The position numbers were made by a program, and so were the translations under genes. Below are positions 18,552 through 28,092 of a DNA stretch of 36,412 nt, piece after piece. How positions within the stretch are numbered: position 1 is the first letter of the stretch; each line of letters begins with the position of its first letter. The stretch lies in the IMG/VR virus record IMGVR_UViG_2585427969_000016. The stretch is one strand, 5' to 3'. The notes below the pieces were generated by a model. The model was not told the origin of the DNA. It saw nothing but the letters and a program-made list of their open reading frames with translations, and did no database searches. The DNA is from a virus. Its lineage: Duplodnaviria; Heunggongvirae; Uroviricota; Caudoviricetes.

Positions 18552-19048
18552 TGCCGGTAATTAACACGCACCAGAATATCGCCGCCTTTCTCGACATGCT
18601 GGCCGTGTCCGAAGGGACGGCGAACCATCCGCTGACGAAAAACCGGGGCTATGACGTGATAGTCACCGGACTGGACGGGAAGCCGGAAATTTTCACCGAC
18701 TACAGTGACCACCCGTTCGCACATGGCCGACCGGCGAAGGTGTTTAACCGTCGCGGTGAAAAATCCACGGCCTCCGGTCGCTATCAGCAGCTTTACCTGT
18801 TCTGGCCGCATTACCGCAAACAGCTTGCCCTGCCGGATTTCAGTCCGTTGTCACAGGACAGACTTGCCATTCAGTTGATCCGCGAACGCGGTGCACTGGA
18901 TGACATCCGGGCGGGACGCATTGAGCGCGCCATTTCACGCTGTCGCAATATCTGGGCGTCCCTGCCGGGTGCCGGTTACGGTCAGCGTGAGCATTCACTG
19001 GAAAAACTGGTCGCCGTCTGGCGTACCGCCGGCGGCGTACCGGCTTAA
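18551..19048 (+). CDS. K: Endolysin K (lysozyme-like, 165 aa)
   Basis: 165 aa as P2 gpK; follows the holin. Confidence 0.9.
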   Translation: MPVINTHQNIAAFLDMLAVSEGTANHPLTKNRGYDVIVTGLDGKPEIFTDYSDHPFAHGRPAKVFNRRGEKSTASGRYQQLYLFWPHYRKQLALPDFSPLSQDRLAIQLIRERGALDDIRAGRIERAISRCRNIWASLPGAGYGQREHSLEKLVAVWRTAGGVPA

Positions 19049-19062
19049 ACGGAGTAAACACC

Positions 19063-19488
19063 ATGAAGAAATTATCCCTTTCACAGATGCTGAACGTGTC
19101 GCTGGCGCTGATGCTGGCACTGTCCCTGATTTACCCGCAGAGCGTGGCCGTCAATTTTGTCGCCGCCTGGGCGATTCTGGCGACGGTTATCTGTGTGGTT
19201 GCCGGTGGTGTCGGGGTGTATGCCACTGAGTATGTGCTGGAACGCTACGGGCTGGAGCTGCCGCCGGAATCGCTGGCCGTGAAGATTGTCACGTCGCTGT
19301 TTTTGCAGCCGGTGCCGTGGCGCAGACGGGCGGCGGCTCTGGTGGTGATGGTGGCGACGTTTATCGCGCTGGTCGCTGCCGGGTGGATTTTTACCGCGCT
19401 GATTTATCTTGTGGCGTCGGTGTTCTTCCGGCTGATACGTACGGCCTGCCGTCAGCGTTTTGAGGGGCGGGAGCCATGTCAAAGCTGA
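19063..19488 (+). CDS. lysA: Lysis accessory membrane protein LysA (141 aa)
   Basis: Multiple TM segments; P2 lysis cassette order. Confidence 0.8.
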   Translation: MKKLSLSQMLNVSLALMLALSLIYPQSVAVNFVAAWAILATVICVVAGGVGVYATEYVLERYGLELPPESLAVKIVTSLFLQPVPWRRRAAALVVMVATFIALVAAGWIFTALIYLVASVFFRLIRTACRQRFEGREPCQS

Positions 19489-19901
19489 TGATTGTGCTGG
19501 TTGTGTTGTTATCACTGGCGGTGCCGGGGCTGTTTCTGGTGAAGCATGAAAATGCCAGCCTGCGCACCTCACTGGACAGGGCGAACAGCGTCGCCAGCGG
19601 GCAGCAGACGACCATCACCATGCTGAAAAATCAGCTTCATGTTGCACTCACCAGGGCAGACAAAAACGAGCTGGCGCAGGTGGCACTGCGTCAGGAACTG
19701 GAGAACGCCGCGAAGCGTGAAGCACTGCGCGAGAAAACCATCACGAGGTTACTTAATGAAAACGAGGATTTCCGCCGCTGGTATGGCGCTGATCTGCCTG
19801 ATGCTGTGCGCCGGTTGCACCAGCGTCCGGCCTGCACTGACGCCAGTGATTGTCGCCAACGCCTGCCCGAAAGTGAGCCTTTGCCCGATGCCGGGCAGTG
19901 A
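19476..19901 (+). CDS. lysB: LysB, Rz-like inner-membrane spanin (141 aa)
   Basis: N-terminal TM helix followed by charged helical region. Confidence 0.8.
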   Translation: MSKLMIVLVVLLSLAVPGLFLVKHENASLRTSLDRANSVASGQQTTITMLKNQLHVALTRADKNELAQVALRQELENAAKREALREKTITRLLNENEDFRRWYGADLPDAVRRLHQRPACTDASDCRQRLPESEPLPDAGQ

Positions 19902-20046
19902 CCCGCAGAAGAACGGCGATTTAAGTGCCGATATCCGGCAGCTTGAGAACGCGCTGGCACGCTGTGCCAGCCAGGTAAAAATGATTAAACACTGTCAGGA
20001 CGAAAACGATGCTCAAACCCGACAGCCTGCGCAGGGCGCTGACTGA
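19756..20046 (+). CDS. lysC: LysC, Rz1-like outer-membrane lipoprotein spanin, embedded in the +1 frame of lysB and overlapping the R start
   Basis: Internal ATG with GAGG Shine-Dalgarno; signal peptide with cysteine (MALICLMLCAGC); Pro-rich mature part; 96 aa. Confidence 0.65.
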   Translation: MKTRISAAGMALICLMLCAGCTSVRPALTPVIVANACPKVSLCPMPGSDPQKNGDLSADIRQLENALARCASQVKMIKHCQDENDAQTRQPAQGAD

Positions 20047-20476
20047 TGCCGTCACGGTGCTGAAAACTAACCCCGATATGCTGCGGATATTCGTGGATAA
20101 CGGGAGTATTGCCTCCACACTGGCGACGTCGCTGTCATTCGAAAAGCGTTACACGCTCAATGTCATTGTGACCGACTTTACCGGTGATTTTGACCTGCTC
20201 ATCGTGCCGGTGCTGGCGTGGCTGCGGGAAAATCAGCCCGACATCATGACCACCGACGAAGGCCAGAAAAAGGGCTTCACGTTTTATGCGGACATCAACA
20301 ATGACAGCAGCTTTGATATCAGCATCAGCCTGATGCTGACCGAGCGCACGCTGGTCAGTGAGGTGGAAGGCGCGCTGCATGTGAAGAATATCCCTGAACC
20401 TCCGCCGCCGGAGCCGGTTACCCGCCCGATGGAGCTGTATATCAATGGCGAACTGGTGAGCAAGTGGGATGAATGA
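20009..20476 (+). CDS. R: Tail completion protein R (155 aa)
   Basis: Synteny and length as P2 gpR. Confidence 0.88.
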   Translation: MLKPDSLRRALTDAVTVLKTNPDMLRIFVDNGSIASTLATSLSFEKRYTLNVIVTDFTGDFDLLIVPVLAWLRENQPDIMTTDEGQKKGFTFYADINNDSSFDISISLMLTERTLVSEVEGALHVKNIPEPPPPEPVTRPMELYINGELVSKWDE

Positions 20477-20927
20477 GTTTAAGCGTTTTGAAGACCGGCT
20501 GACCGGACTTATTGAATCGCTGTCACCGTCAGGGCGTCGGCGACTGGCGATAGATATTGCGAAGAAACTGCGCCAGCGCCAGCAGCAGCGAATTAAATTA
20601 CAAAAAGGCCCGGATGGTACGCCGTATGTACCGAGAAAAAAACAGCCAGTGCGAAATAAGAAAGGGCGGATAAAGCGGGAAATGTTTGCGAAATTACGCA
20701 CAAACCGATTTATGAAAGCAACAGGTAGCGAGAGTGCGGCTGTGGTGGAGTTTGCCAGCGGAGTACAACGAATTGCGAGAGTACATCAATTAGGGCTTAG
20801 GGATAAGCCGGGGCGTAATAGTGCTGTGGTGGAATATCCTGTTCGTGAGTTATTAGGTTTTGACAAGGAATCTATACAATTGATAGAAAAGGAGTTATTA
20901 GTGATTCTATCGAAAGATGTTATATGA
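20469..20927 (+). CDS. S: Tail completion protein S; its last codons run into the AT-rich cargo island
   Basis: Synteny and length as P2 gpS. Confidence 0.85.
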   Translation: MNEFKRFEDRLTGLIESLSPSGRRRLAIDIAKKLRQRQQQRIKLQKGPDGTPYVPRKKQPVRNKKGRIKREMFAKLRTNRFMKATGSESAAVVEFASGVQRIARVHQLGLRDKPGRNSAVVEYPVRELLGFDKESIQLIEKELLVILSKDVI

Positions 20928-21445
20928 GATGGGTGTTTGTGGATAAAAAGTTTTCCATTTTGAGAAAAAGAGTAAAGCATTCTCAAAAGAAAGTTATGGA
21001 TTGTATTATTGCTGACCATAATGCTGATGTATGTGTGTTATGCGGGAGTTCTGACGATATTACTCGTGAGCACATTATTCCTCAGTGGGCCTTTGAGTCA
21101 AATGCTGAAAAACTTTTAATTAATAAAAAGAATAATCAGTCAACTCATTACATCAAAGCCACTGTACCAGCATGCAGAGTGTGCAATTCTGATTTGCTGG
21201 GAGCGTTTGAGTATAACCTGAAGAAATTTCTTACGGAAAAGAGGGGCGATGAGTTAACAGATTATGAATATGATTGCATCATATGGTGGTTGCAATACAT
21301 GGGCTTTAAGTTGCAATTAATGGATTTACGGACCCGCTTTCTCAGGTATAAAGGGGGGATTATATCCCTTTCCTTGCAAACTTCCCGGTTGCAATGTTTT
21401 GGGGGAATGTCGATACGACACCGGAGGATGTCTCCAGGATTATAA
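20924..21445 (+). CDS. Cargo HNH-family endonuclease (P2 orf30 position); probably frame-disrupted at a G6 run (21353..21358)
   Basis: HNH motif CVLCG..TREHIIPQW..CRVCN; ATGA overlap with the S stop; AT-rich; ORF tail after the G-run looks non-native. Confidence 0.65.
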   Translation: MRWVFVDKKFSILRKRVKHSQKKVMDCIIADHNADVCVLCGSSDDITREHIIPQWAFESNAEKLLINKKNNQSTHYIKATVPACRVCNSDLLGAFEYNLKKFLTEKRGDELTDYEYDCIIWWLQYMGFKLQLMDLRTRFLRYKGGIISLSLQTSRLQCFGGMSIRHRRMSPGL

Positions 21446-21678
21446 GAAAATCGCGACGCAATCTGATGTCGAAATGGAAGGATAAAAAACATAATTCTCT
21501 GATGGTTTTTGAAACATCAAACAAGAGTTTTCATTTCTTTCATAAGGTTGATGAATTTATTTTTATTGAAATGCCTCAGGTTAAGAAGGCGTTTTTCTTC
21601 TTTTTTAATAAAGAATTTGACAGCCATGATTTAGCTCATGAGGAGTGTATGAAGATTATAGAGAAGTGCTACAACTAA
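21394..21678 (+). CDS. Small ORF in the next frame; probably the displaced C-terminal part of the HNH gene
   Basis: Open frame begins right after the G6 run at 21352 and continues to 21678. Confidence 0.4.
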   Translation: MFWGNVDTTPEDVSRIIRKSRRNLMSKWKDKKHNSLMVFETSNKSFHFFHKVDEFIFIEMPQVKKAFFFFFNKEFDSHDLAHEECMKIIEKCYN

Positions 21679-21687
21679 TATTTATTA

Positions 21688-21705
21688 TGTTGTGTCACGG
21701 CTGAC
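21688..21705. promoter_or_regulatory. TGTTGTGTCA motif plus dyad TGTCA-CGGC-TGACA upstream of V; candidate late promoter P_V element
   Basis: Motif shared with the P/O and FI upstream regions; sits at the AT-rich to GC-rich boundary. Confidence 0.35.
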
Positions 21706-21755
21706 AGAGTCCTCCATGATTGCTGCTGGTATCGTCCGGCGGCATCCTTCCCGTC

Positions 21756-22391
21756 ATGAACACTCTCGCAAATATTCAGGAACTCGCGCGCGCACTGCGC
21801 AACATGATTCGTACCGGCCTTGTCGTCGAAACAGACCTTAACGCCGGCCGCTGCCGTGTGCAGACCGGCGGCATGTGCACTGACTGGCTTCAGTGGCTGA
21901 CCCATCGTGCCGGTCGTTCGCGCACATGGTGGGCACCTTCCGTGGGGGAGCAGGTGCTGATTCTGTCCGTGGGCGGTGAACTCGACACGGCGTTCGTTCT
22001 GCCGGGGATTTATTCCGGCGATAACCCCGCGCCGTCTGCGTCGGCGGATGCCCTGCATATCCGTTTCCCTGACGGGGCGGTGATTGAATATGAACCCGAA
22101 ACCAGTGCACTCACGGTAAGCGGAATTAAAACGGCCAGCGTGACGGCTTCTGATTCTGTTACTGCCACGGTGCCGGTGGTCATGGTGAAAGCATCAACCC
22201 GCGTCACCCTGGACACACCGGAGGTGGTCTGCACCAACAGGCTGATTACCGGCACGCTGGAAGTGCAGAAGGGCGGGACGATGCGCGGCAACATTGAACA
22301 CACCGGCGGTGAACTCTCATCAAACGGGAAGGTACTGCATACCCATAAACACCCCGGCGACAGCGGCGGCACAACCGGGGGACCTCTATGA
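21756..22391 (+). CDS. V: Baseplate spike protein V (211 aa from the MNTLANIQ start)
   Basis: Synteny and length as P2 gpV. Confidence 0.9.
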   Translation: MNTLANIQELARALRNMIRTGLVVETDLNAGRCRVQTGGMCTDWLQWLTHRAGRSRTWWAPSVGEQVLILSVGGELDTAFVLPGIYSGDNPAPSASADALHIRFPDGAVIEYEPETSALTVSGIKTASVTASDSVTATVPVVMVKASTRVTLDTPEVVCTNRLITGTLEVQKGGTMRGNIEHTGGELSSNGKVLHTHKHPGDSGGTTGGPL

Positions 22392-22735
22392 CAGCGCGTT
22401 ATCTCGGAATGAATCGCAGTGATGGCCTGACTGTCACTGACCTTGAGCATATCAGCCAGAGTATCGGCGATATCCTGCGCACGCCGGTCGGCTCACGGGT
22501 GATGCGTCGTGATTACGGCTCGTTGCTGGCGTCAATGATTGACCAGCCGCAGACCCCGGCGCTTGAGTTGCAGATTAAGGTCGCCTGTTACATGGCGGTG
22601 CTGAAATGGGAACCCCGCGTCACCCTGTCATCTGTCACCACGGCGCGCAGTTTTGACGGGCGAATGACGGTCACGTTAACCGGCCAGCACAACGACACCG
22701 GCCAGCCACTTTCGTTAACCATCCCTGTGAGTTGA
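22388..22735 (+). CDS. W: Baseplate wedge protein W (115 aa)
   Basis: Synteny and length. Confidence 0.9.
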   Translation: MTARYLGMNRSDGLTVTDLEHISQSIGDILRTPVGSRVMRRDYGSLLASMIDQPQTPALELQIKVACYMAVLKWEPRVTLSSVTTARSFDGRMTVTLTGQHNDTGQPLSLTIPVS

Positions 22736-22739
22736 AACC

Positions 22740-23648
22740 ATGCCGATTATCGACCTGAACCAGCTACCCGCACCGGATGTGGTCGAGGAGCTGGACTTTG
22801 AAACCATTCTTGCCGAACGCAAGGCGACACTGATTTCCCTTTACCCGGAAGACCAGCAGGAGGCGGTCGCCCGTACCCTGACGCTGGAATCCGAACCTCT
22901 CGTCAAACTGCTGGAGGAAAATGCTTATCGTGAGCTTATCTGGCGTCAGCGTGTGAATGAGGCCGCACGGGCGGTGATGCTGGCCTGTGCTGCCGGTAAT
23001 GACCTTGATGTGATTGGTGCCAATTACAACACCACGCGCCTGATTATCACCCCAGCAGATGATTCGACTATCCCGCCGACACCGGCAGTGATGGAATCTG
23101 ACACTGATTATCGTCTGCGTATTCAGCAGGCGTTTGAAGGTTTAAGCGTCGCCGGGTCGGTGGGGGCCTATCAGTATCATGGTCGAAGTGCCGACGGGCG
23201 TGTCGCAGATATCTCTGTCACCAGTCCTTCTCCGGCCTGCGTCACCATCTCTGTGCTGTCACGTGAAAATAACGGTGTGGCATCCGAAGACCTGCTGGCC
23301 ATGGTACGTAACGCCCTGAATGGCGAGGACGTCAGACCGGTGGCCGACCGCGTGACCGTACAGTCTGCCGCCATCGTTGAATACCAGATAAACGCCACGC
23401 TTTACCTTTACCCTGGTCCCGAAAGCGAACCCATCCGCGCTGCCGCCGTGAAAAAACTGGAAGCGTACATCACGGCACAGCACCGGCTGGGGCGCGACAT
23501 CCGTCTGTCTGCCATTTATGCCGCTTTGCATGTGGAAGGCGTGCAGCGTGTCGAGCTGGCCGAACCACTGGCCGACATTGTGCTCAACAGTACGCAGGCG
23601 TCTTTCTGTACCGAATACCGCGTCGTGACCGGAGGCTCGGATGAGTGA
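22740..23648 (+). CDS. J: Baseplate protein J (302 aa)
   Basis: Synteny and length. Confidence 0.92.
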   Translation: MPIIDLNQLPAPDVVEELDFETILAERKATLISLYPEDQQEAVARTLTLESEPLVKLLEENAYRELIWRQRVNEAARAVMLACAAGNDLDVIGANYNTTRLIITPADDSTIPPTPAVMESDTDYRLRIQQAFEGLSVAGSVGAYQYHGRSADGRVADISVTSPSPACVTISVLSRENNGVASEDLLAMVRNALNGEDVRPVADRVTVQSAAIVEYQINATLYLYPGPESEPIRAAAVKKLEAYITAQHRLGRDIRLSAIYAALHVEGVQRVELAEPLADIVLNSTQASFCTEYRVVTGGSDE

Positions 23649-24171
23649 TTCGCGCCTGCTGCCGACCGGCTCATCACCGCTTGAAGTTGCCGCCGCAAAA
23701 GCCTGTGCGGAAATTGAAAAAACGCCGGTCAGGATTCGTGAACTGTGGAACCCGGATACCTGTCCGGCAAATCTGCTGCCGTGGCTGGCGTGGGCGTTTT
23801 CGGTCGACAGGTGGGATGAAAAGTGGCCGGAAGCGACAAAACGCGCCGTTATCCGCGATGCCTATTTCATCCACTGTCATAAGGGCACTATCGGTGCAAT
23901 CCGGCGTGTGGTGGAGCCGCTCGGCTATCTCATCAACGTGACGGAGTGGTGGGAAAACAGTGACCCGCCAGGCACCTTCCGGCTTGATATTGGTGTACTG
24001 GAAAGCGGCATCACAGAGGCAATGTATCAGGAAATGGAACGGCTGATTGCTGATGCCAAACCTGCAAGCCGCCACCTTATCGGCCTGAACATTACCCGGG
24101 ACATTCCCGGCTATCTGTTCGCCGGTGGTGTGGCTTACGACGGCGATGTAATTACGGTTTACCCCGGATAA
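23641..24171 (+). CDS. I: Baseplate protein I (176 aa)
   Basis: Synteny and length. Confidence 0.9.
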   Translation: MSDSRLLPTGSSPLEVAAAKACAEIEKTPVRIRELWNPDTCPANLLPWLAWAFSVDRWDEKWPEATKRAVIRDAYFIHCHKGTIGAIRRVVEPLGYLINVTEWWENSDPPGTFRLDIGVLESGITEAMYQEMERLIADAKPASRHLIGLNITRDIPGYLFAGGVAYDGDVITVYPG

Positions 24172-24181
24172 GTGAGGAATA

Positions 24182-26500
24182 ATGAGCACAAAATTCAGAA
24201 CCGTTATCACCACTGCCGGTGCAGCAAAGCTGGCAGCGGCAACCGCGCCGGGAGGGCGGAAGGTCAACATTACCACGATGGCCGTAGGGGATGGCGGTGG
24301 TAAATTGCCTGTCCCGGATGCCGGACAGACCGGACTTATTCACGAAGTCTGGCGACATACGCTGAACAAAATCAGCCAGGACAAACGAAACAGTAATTAT
24401 ATTATCGCAGAGCTGGTTATTCCGCCGGAGGTGGGCGGTTTCTGGATGCGTGAGCTTGGCCTGTACGATGATGCGGGAACGTTAATTGCCGTGGCGAACA
24501 TGGCCGAAAGTTATAAGCCAGCTCTTGCCGAAGGCTCAGGGCGTTCGCAGACCTGTCGCATGGTCATCATCGTCAGCAGTGTGGCCTCAGTGGCGCTGAC
24601 CATTGACACCACAACGGTGATGGCGACGCAGGATTACGTTGATGACAAAATTGCAGAGCATGAACAGTCACGACGTCACCCGGACGCCTCGCTGACCGCA
24701 AAAGGTTTTACTCAGTTAAGCAATGCGACCAACAGCACGTCTGAAACACTGGCCGCAACGCCGAAAGCGGTTAAGGCCGCATATGACCTGGCTAACGGGA
24801 AATACACTGCGCAGGATGCCACCACAGCGCGAAAAGGCCTTGTCCAGCTCAGTAGCGCCACCAACAGCACGTCTGAAACGCTCGCCGCAACACCAAAAGC
24901 GGTAAAGGCAGCATATGACCTTGCTAACGGGAAATACACTGCACAGGACGCCACCACAGCGCGAAAAGGTCTTGTCCAGCTCAGTAGCGCCACCAACAGC
25001 GATTCTGAAACGCTTGCCGCAACGCCAAAGGCGGTTAAGACAGCGTATGACCTTGCTAACGGGAAATACACTGCACAGGATGCCACCACAGCGCGAAAAG
25101 GTCTTGTCCAGCTCAGTAGCGCCACCAACAGTGATTCTGAAACGCTTGCCGCAACACCAAAAGCGGTGAAGTCTGCCTATGACAATGCTGAAAAACGTCT
25201 TCAGAAAGATCAGAACGGTGCGGATATTCCGGGAAAGGATACCTTCACGAAAAATATCGGTGCCTGTCGTGCTTATAGCGGCGCTTTGAGCACTGAAGCC
25301 GGAAACTGGACAACCGCTCAGTTTATTGAATGGCTGGATTCCCGTGGTGCATTTAATCATCCGTACTGGATGTGCAAAGGCTCCTGGTCATATGCAAATA
25401 ACAAAATCATTACGGATACCGGATGTGGTGATATCAACCTGGCTGGTTGTGTCGTCGAGGTCATGGGAACAAAATCTGCAATCACTATCCGAGTGACCAC
25501 GCCGACAACATCAAGCGGTGGCGGTACAACCAGCGCGCAATTCACTTACATTAATCATGGGGACGGCTACTCCCCCGGCTGGCGTCGTGACTGGAATCGT
25601 CAGGGCGACTCAATGACCGGAACGATTAATCAGGATGGCGGAAGCCAGAATGCCTATATGTCTACGGCCTTATGTTCAGGCACCAGAGGCGGCAAAAAAT
25701 ATCTCAGAAAGTTTCGTGGTGGAGAAGGAGATACTATCTGGCATGAAACAGTACAGGGCGAGGTAATTCGCTGGGCGACAGGTAATACTGATGCTCGGGA
25801 AGAATTATCACTCAGCTCTGTTTATGGTCTTCGTTCAAGAGGTGAAATTACATCGCTCAGTGCTAATGGTCTGCGCGTTGCTTATGGCAATTATGGATTC
25901 TTTATCAGGAATGATGGCGGCAGCACATATTTAATGCTGACGGCCTCTGGCGATAAATTTGGGACATGGAACGGCTTAAGACCGCTGACTATCAATAACG
26001 CCAATGGCGGAGTGTCAATGGGGCATGGCCTGAGTGTTACAGGTGATATTGTCTCAAGTACCAAAGTACGTGCCGGTAGCGGGAAAAAGTTCACGGTCAG
26101 CAGCAGCAATACATCCACGAAGGAAGCCGCATTCAATTTGTGGGGAAACTCAAGTCGTCCTGTGGTGGCTGAATTAGGTGATGATGCAGGCTGGCATTTT
26201 TACAGTCAGAGAAATACAGATAACAGCATCACTTTTGCTGTTAACGGTCAGGTATCACCATCTAACTATGGCAACTTTGATTCACGCTATGTCCGGGATA
26301 TCCGGCTTGGTGGTGCTGCCACATACAAACCTGCGAACAATGGCATGACATGGACACATCAGGCACCGTCCGGGTGTGTATATTCTGGCATTATTGTTCA
26401 GGATACCGGCTCAAACTCTGCCGATAACATTGGTGGCGTATATTACAGACCGGTGCAGAAATACATTAACGGGACATGGTATAACGTGGCACAGGTATAA
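24182..26500 (+). CDS. H: Tail fibre protein H (772 aa) with conserved N-terminus, four internal 44-aa repeats and a variable C-terminal receptor-binding part
   Basis: N-terminus MSTKFRTVITTAGAAKLAAATAPG as recalled for P2 gpH; about 100 aa longer than P2 H. Confidence 0.92.
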   Translation: MSTKFRTVITTAGAAKLAAATAPGGRKVNITTMAVGDGGGKLPVPDAGQTGLIHEVWRHTLNKISQDKRNSNYIIAELVIPPEVGGFWMRELGLYDDAGTLIAVANMAESYKPALAEGSGRSQTCRMVIIVSSVASVALTIDTTTVMATQDYVDDKIAEHEQSRRHPDASLTAKGFTQLSNATNSTSETLAATPKAVKAAYDLANGKYTAQDATTARKGLVQLSSATNSTSETLAATPKAVKAAYDLANGKYTAQDATTARKGLVQLSSATNSDSETLAATPKAVKTAYDLANGKYTAQDATTARKGLVQLSSATNSDSETLAATPKAVKSAYDNAEKRLQKDQNGADIPGKDTFTKNIGACRAYSGALSTEAGNWTTAQFIEWLDSRGAFNHPYWMCKGSWSYANNKIITDTGCGDINLAGCVVEVMGTKSAITIRVTTPTTSSGGGTTSAQFTYINHGDGYSPGWRRDWNRQGDSMTGTINQDGGSQNAYMSTALCSGTRGGKKYLRKFRGGEGDTIWHETVQGEVIRWATGNTDAREELSLSSVYGLRSRGEITSLSANGLRVAYGNYGFFIRNDGGSTYLMLTASGDKFGTWNGLRPLTINNANGGVSMGHGLSVTGDIVSSTKVRAGSGKKFTVSSSNTSTKEAAFNLWGNSSRPVVAELGDDAGWHFYSQRNTDNSITFAVNGQVSPSNYGNFDSRYVRDIRLGGAATYKPANNGMTWTHQAPSGCVYSGIIVQDTGSNSADNIGGVYYRPVQKYINGTWYNVAQV
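24701..25228 (+). repeat. Four tandem 132-bp (44-codon) repeats inside H, each encoding ..KGLVQLSSATNS(T/D)SETLAATPKAVKAAYDLANGKYTAQDATTAR
   Basis: Period of 132 nt read directly from the sequence, with a few synonymous and missense differences between copies. Confidence 0.9.
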
Positions 26501-26503
26501 TTT

Positions 26504-27031
26504 ATGCAGCATTTGATAAATATAACCGCGGGTAATCCAAAAACGGTTGAACAATATCAATTGACAAAGGACTTTGATGTTGTCTGGTTTTTTACAGAAG
26601 ATGGTAAGAACTGGTACGAAGAACAAAAGTATTTTGCTGATGACACGATAAAAATAGCGTACGACAAGGATAATATTATCCGCTATATGGAAAAAGATGT
26701 GACAGCTATCAGACCAGATGGATTAAGTGTGGTTGAAGTGGCGGATATTACTGCTAACCGACGGGCGGACATTTCAGGGAACTGGATGTTTAAGGACGGC
26801 AAAGTGATTAAACGCATTTATACGGCAGAGGAATTGCAGCAGCAGGCAGAAAACCGGAAAGCCAGACTTCTTGCAGATGCTGAATCCGTGATTTTGCCGC
26901 TGGAGCGCGCGGTCAGACTGAACATGGCAACAGATGAGGAGCGTAGCCGACTGGATGCATGGGAGCGTTACAGCGTTCTGGTCAGTCGTGTGGATCCTGC
27001 AAATCCTGAATGGCCGGAAATGCCGCAATAA
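26504..27031 (+). CDS. G: Tail fibre assembly chaperone G (175 aa)
   Basis: Synteny and length as P2 gpG. Confidence 0.9.
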   Translation: MQHLINITAGNPKTVEQYQLTKDFDVVWFFTEDGKNWYEEQKYFADDTIKIAYDKDNIIRYMEKDVTAIRPDGLSVVEVADITANRRADISGNWMFKDGKVIKRIYTAEELQQQAENRKARLLADAESVILPLERAVRLNMATDEERSRLDAWERYSVLVSRVDPANPEWPEMPQ

Positions 27032-27252
27032 GTTGTATGATCTCTGGAGTGAGCAAACGTATCTATGGCACAGAGTAAAGCCTAATCTGACAGGCCGCTC
27101 TGTGTCTGGAGTAGATTTTAGTAAAGCATTATTTTATTAGTGCAAATTCTAATCAATACATTTTATGTATATGATATCCTGCAGACTTTAATGACTTGGT
27201 TTAGGCTAACCAGATAACACTGAAGGAATATTTTTGATAATTAAGGTGCGGT

Positions 27253-27846
27253 ATGTTTACTAAGCGACGATTAAAAAATATTAACTGGGAGGCAAGTTCA
27301 GTGATTCTTGCTATGGTTCTCTTTGTTGGAAATATATTTTATACAAATCATCGTGATGATATAAGCATGGAGGCTGAGAGGGACAGTATCAGAACAATGT
27401 TTGCATATGAAATCGCTAATAACCATCGCGCTCTCACTTTTCTTGATAAAACGAGACATATTGGCTTTGACGAAAATTCGGAGCATTTTGTTGGCGAGCC
27501 TTTTGCCATTAATGTCAAATCATTAGGGGGGCCTCGCTTACAGATTGCATTAAACCAGACTGATAAAGTGTTTAAATCCTACTTCAGCGAATTAAGTAAG
27601 CTTGATAAAGAGGATGTTACTCTTCTTATGGACTATTACCATGAGCAAAGCATCCTGCTGGAGCGTGTAAAATCTACGTTACAGAAGATGAAAAGTGGTA
27701 ATGATATTAAAGTTGATATTGATGGTTACTTATTAGAAGAACACTTCATGAATGAGCTTAATCTTTCTAATATTTTGCTTAAACGCTATAGCCATTTGTT
27801 GTCACAACACGCTAAAGAACATAAAACAAAAGATTTACATAATTGA
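27253..27846 (+). CDS. Cargo gene at the P2 Z/fun position: 197-aa protein with one N-terminal TM helix and a helical cytoplasmic domain; function unknown
   Basis: AAGGTG Shine-Dalgarno; hydrophobic SSVILAMVLFVGNIFY; AT-rich island between G and FI. Confidence 0.65.
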   Translation: MFTKRRLKNINWEASSVILAMVLFVGNIFYTNHRDDISMEAERDSIRTMFAYEIANNHRALTFLDKTRHIGFDENSEHFVGEPFAINVKSLGGPRLQIALNQTDKVFKSYFSELSKLDKEDVTLLMDYYHEQSILLERVKSTLQKMKSGNDIKVDIDGYLLEEHFMNELNLSNILLKRYSHLLSQHAKEHKTKDLHN

Positions 27847-28047
27847 TAATCTGCTAATGGTTATTCATGGGGTAACTATGTTTTATATGTAATCCAACTC
27901 AGATGAATTATTGATTCTGGATAATAACCGCAGAACGGCATATACCCTGACAGGCAAATGTCCGCTTCTTGTTCAAAGCAGACTGTCAGATTTGACAGAA
28001 TTTTGGTTACGTAATTTGTCAGTTGGAAACAGAGAGAGTACAAATCA

Positions 28048-28080
28048 AGGCAGGCAAGCTGATTGCCTGCCTTTTCTTTA
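28048..28080 (+). terminator. Rho-independent terminator-like hairpin (AAGGCAGGCAA-GCTGA-TTGCCTGCCTT followed by TTCTTTA)
   Basis: 11-bp GC-rich stem with T-rich tail, read from sequence. Confidence 0.55.
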
Positions 28081-28082
28081 TC

Positions 28083-28092
28083 TGTTGTTTCA
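28083..28092. promoter_or_regulatory. TGTTGTTTCA motif about 90 bp upstream of FI; candidate late promoter P_F element
   Basis: Third occurrence of the TGTTGT(G/T)TCA class, positioned about where a -55 element would lie. Confidence 0.35.

Noticed and set aside
21675-22450. Minus-strand ORFs of 90-146 aa overlapping V and W
   Set aside because: Antisense to conserved baseplate genes; no independent support.
24712-25360. Two minus-strand ORFs (138 and 214 aa) with internally repetitive sequence
   Set aside because: Artefacts of the 132-bp tandem repeats in tail fibre gene H read on the opposite strand.
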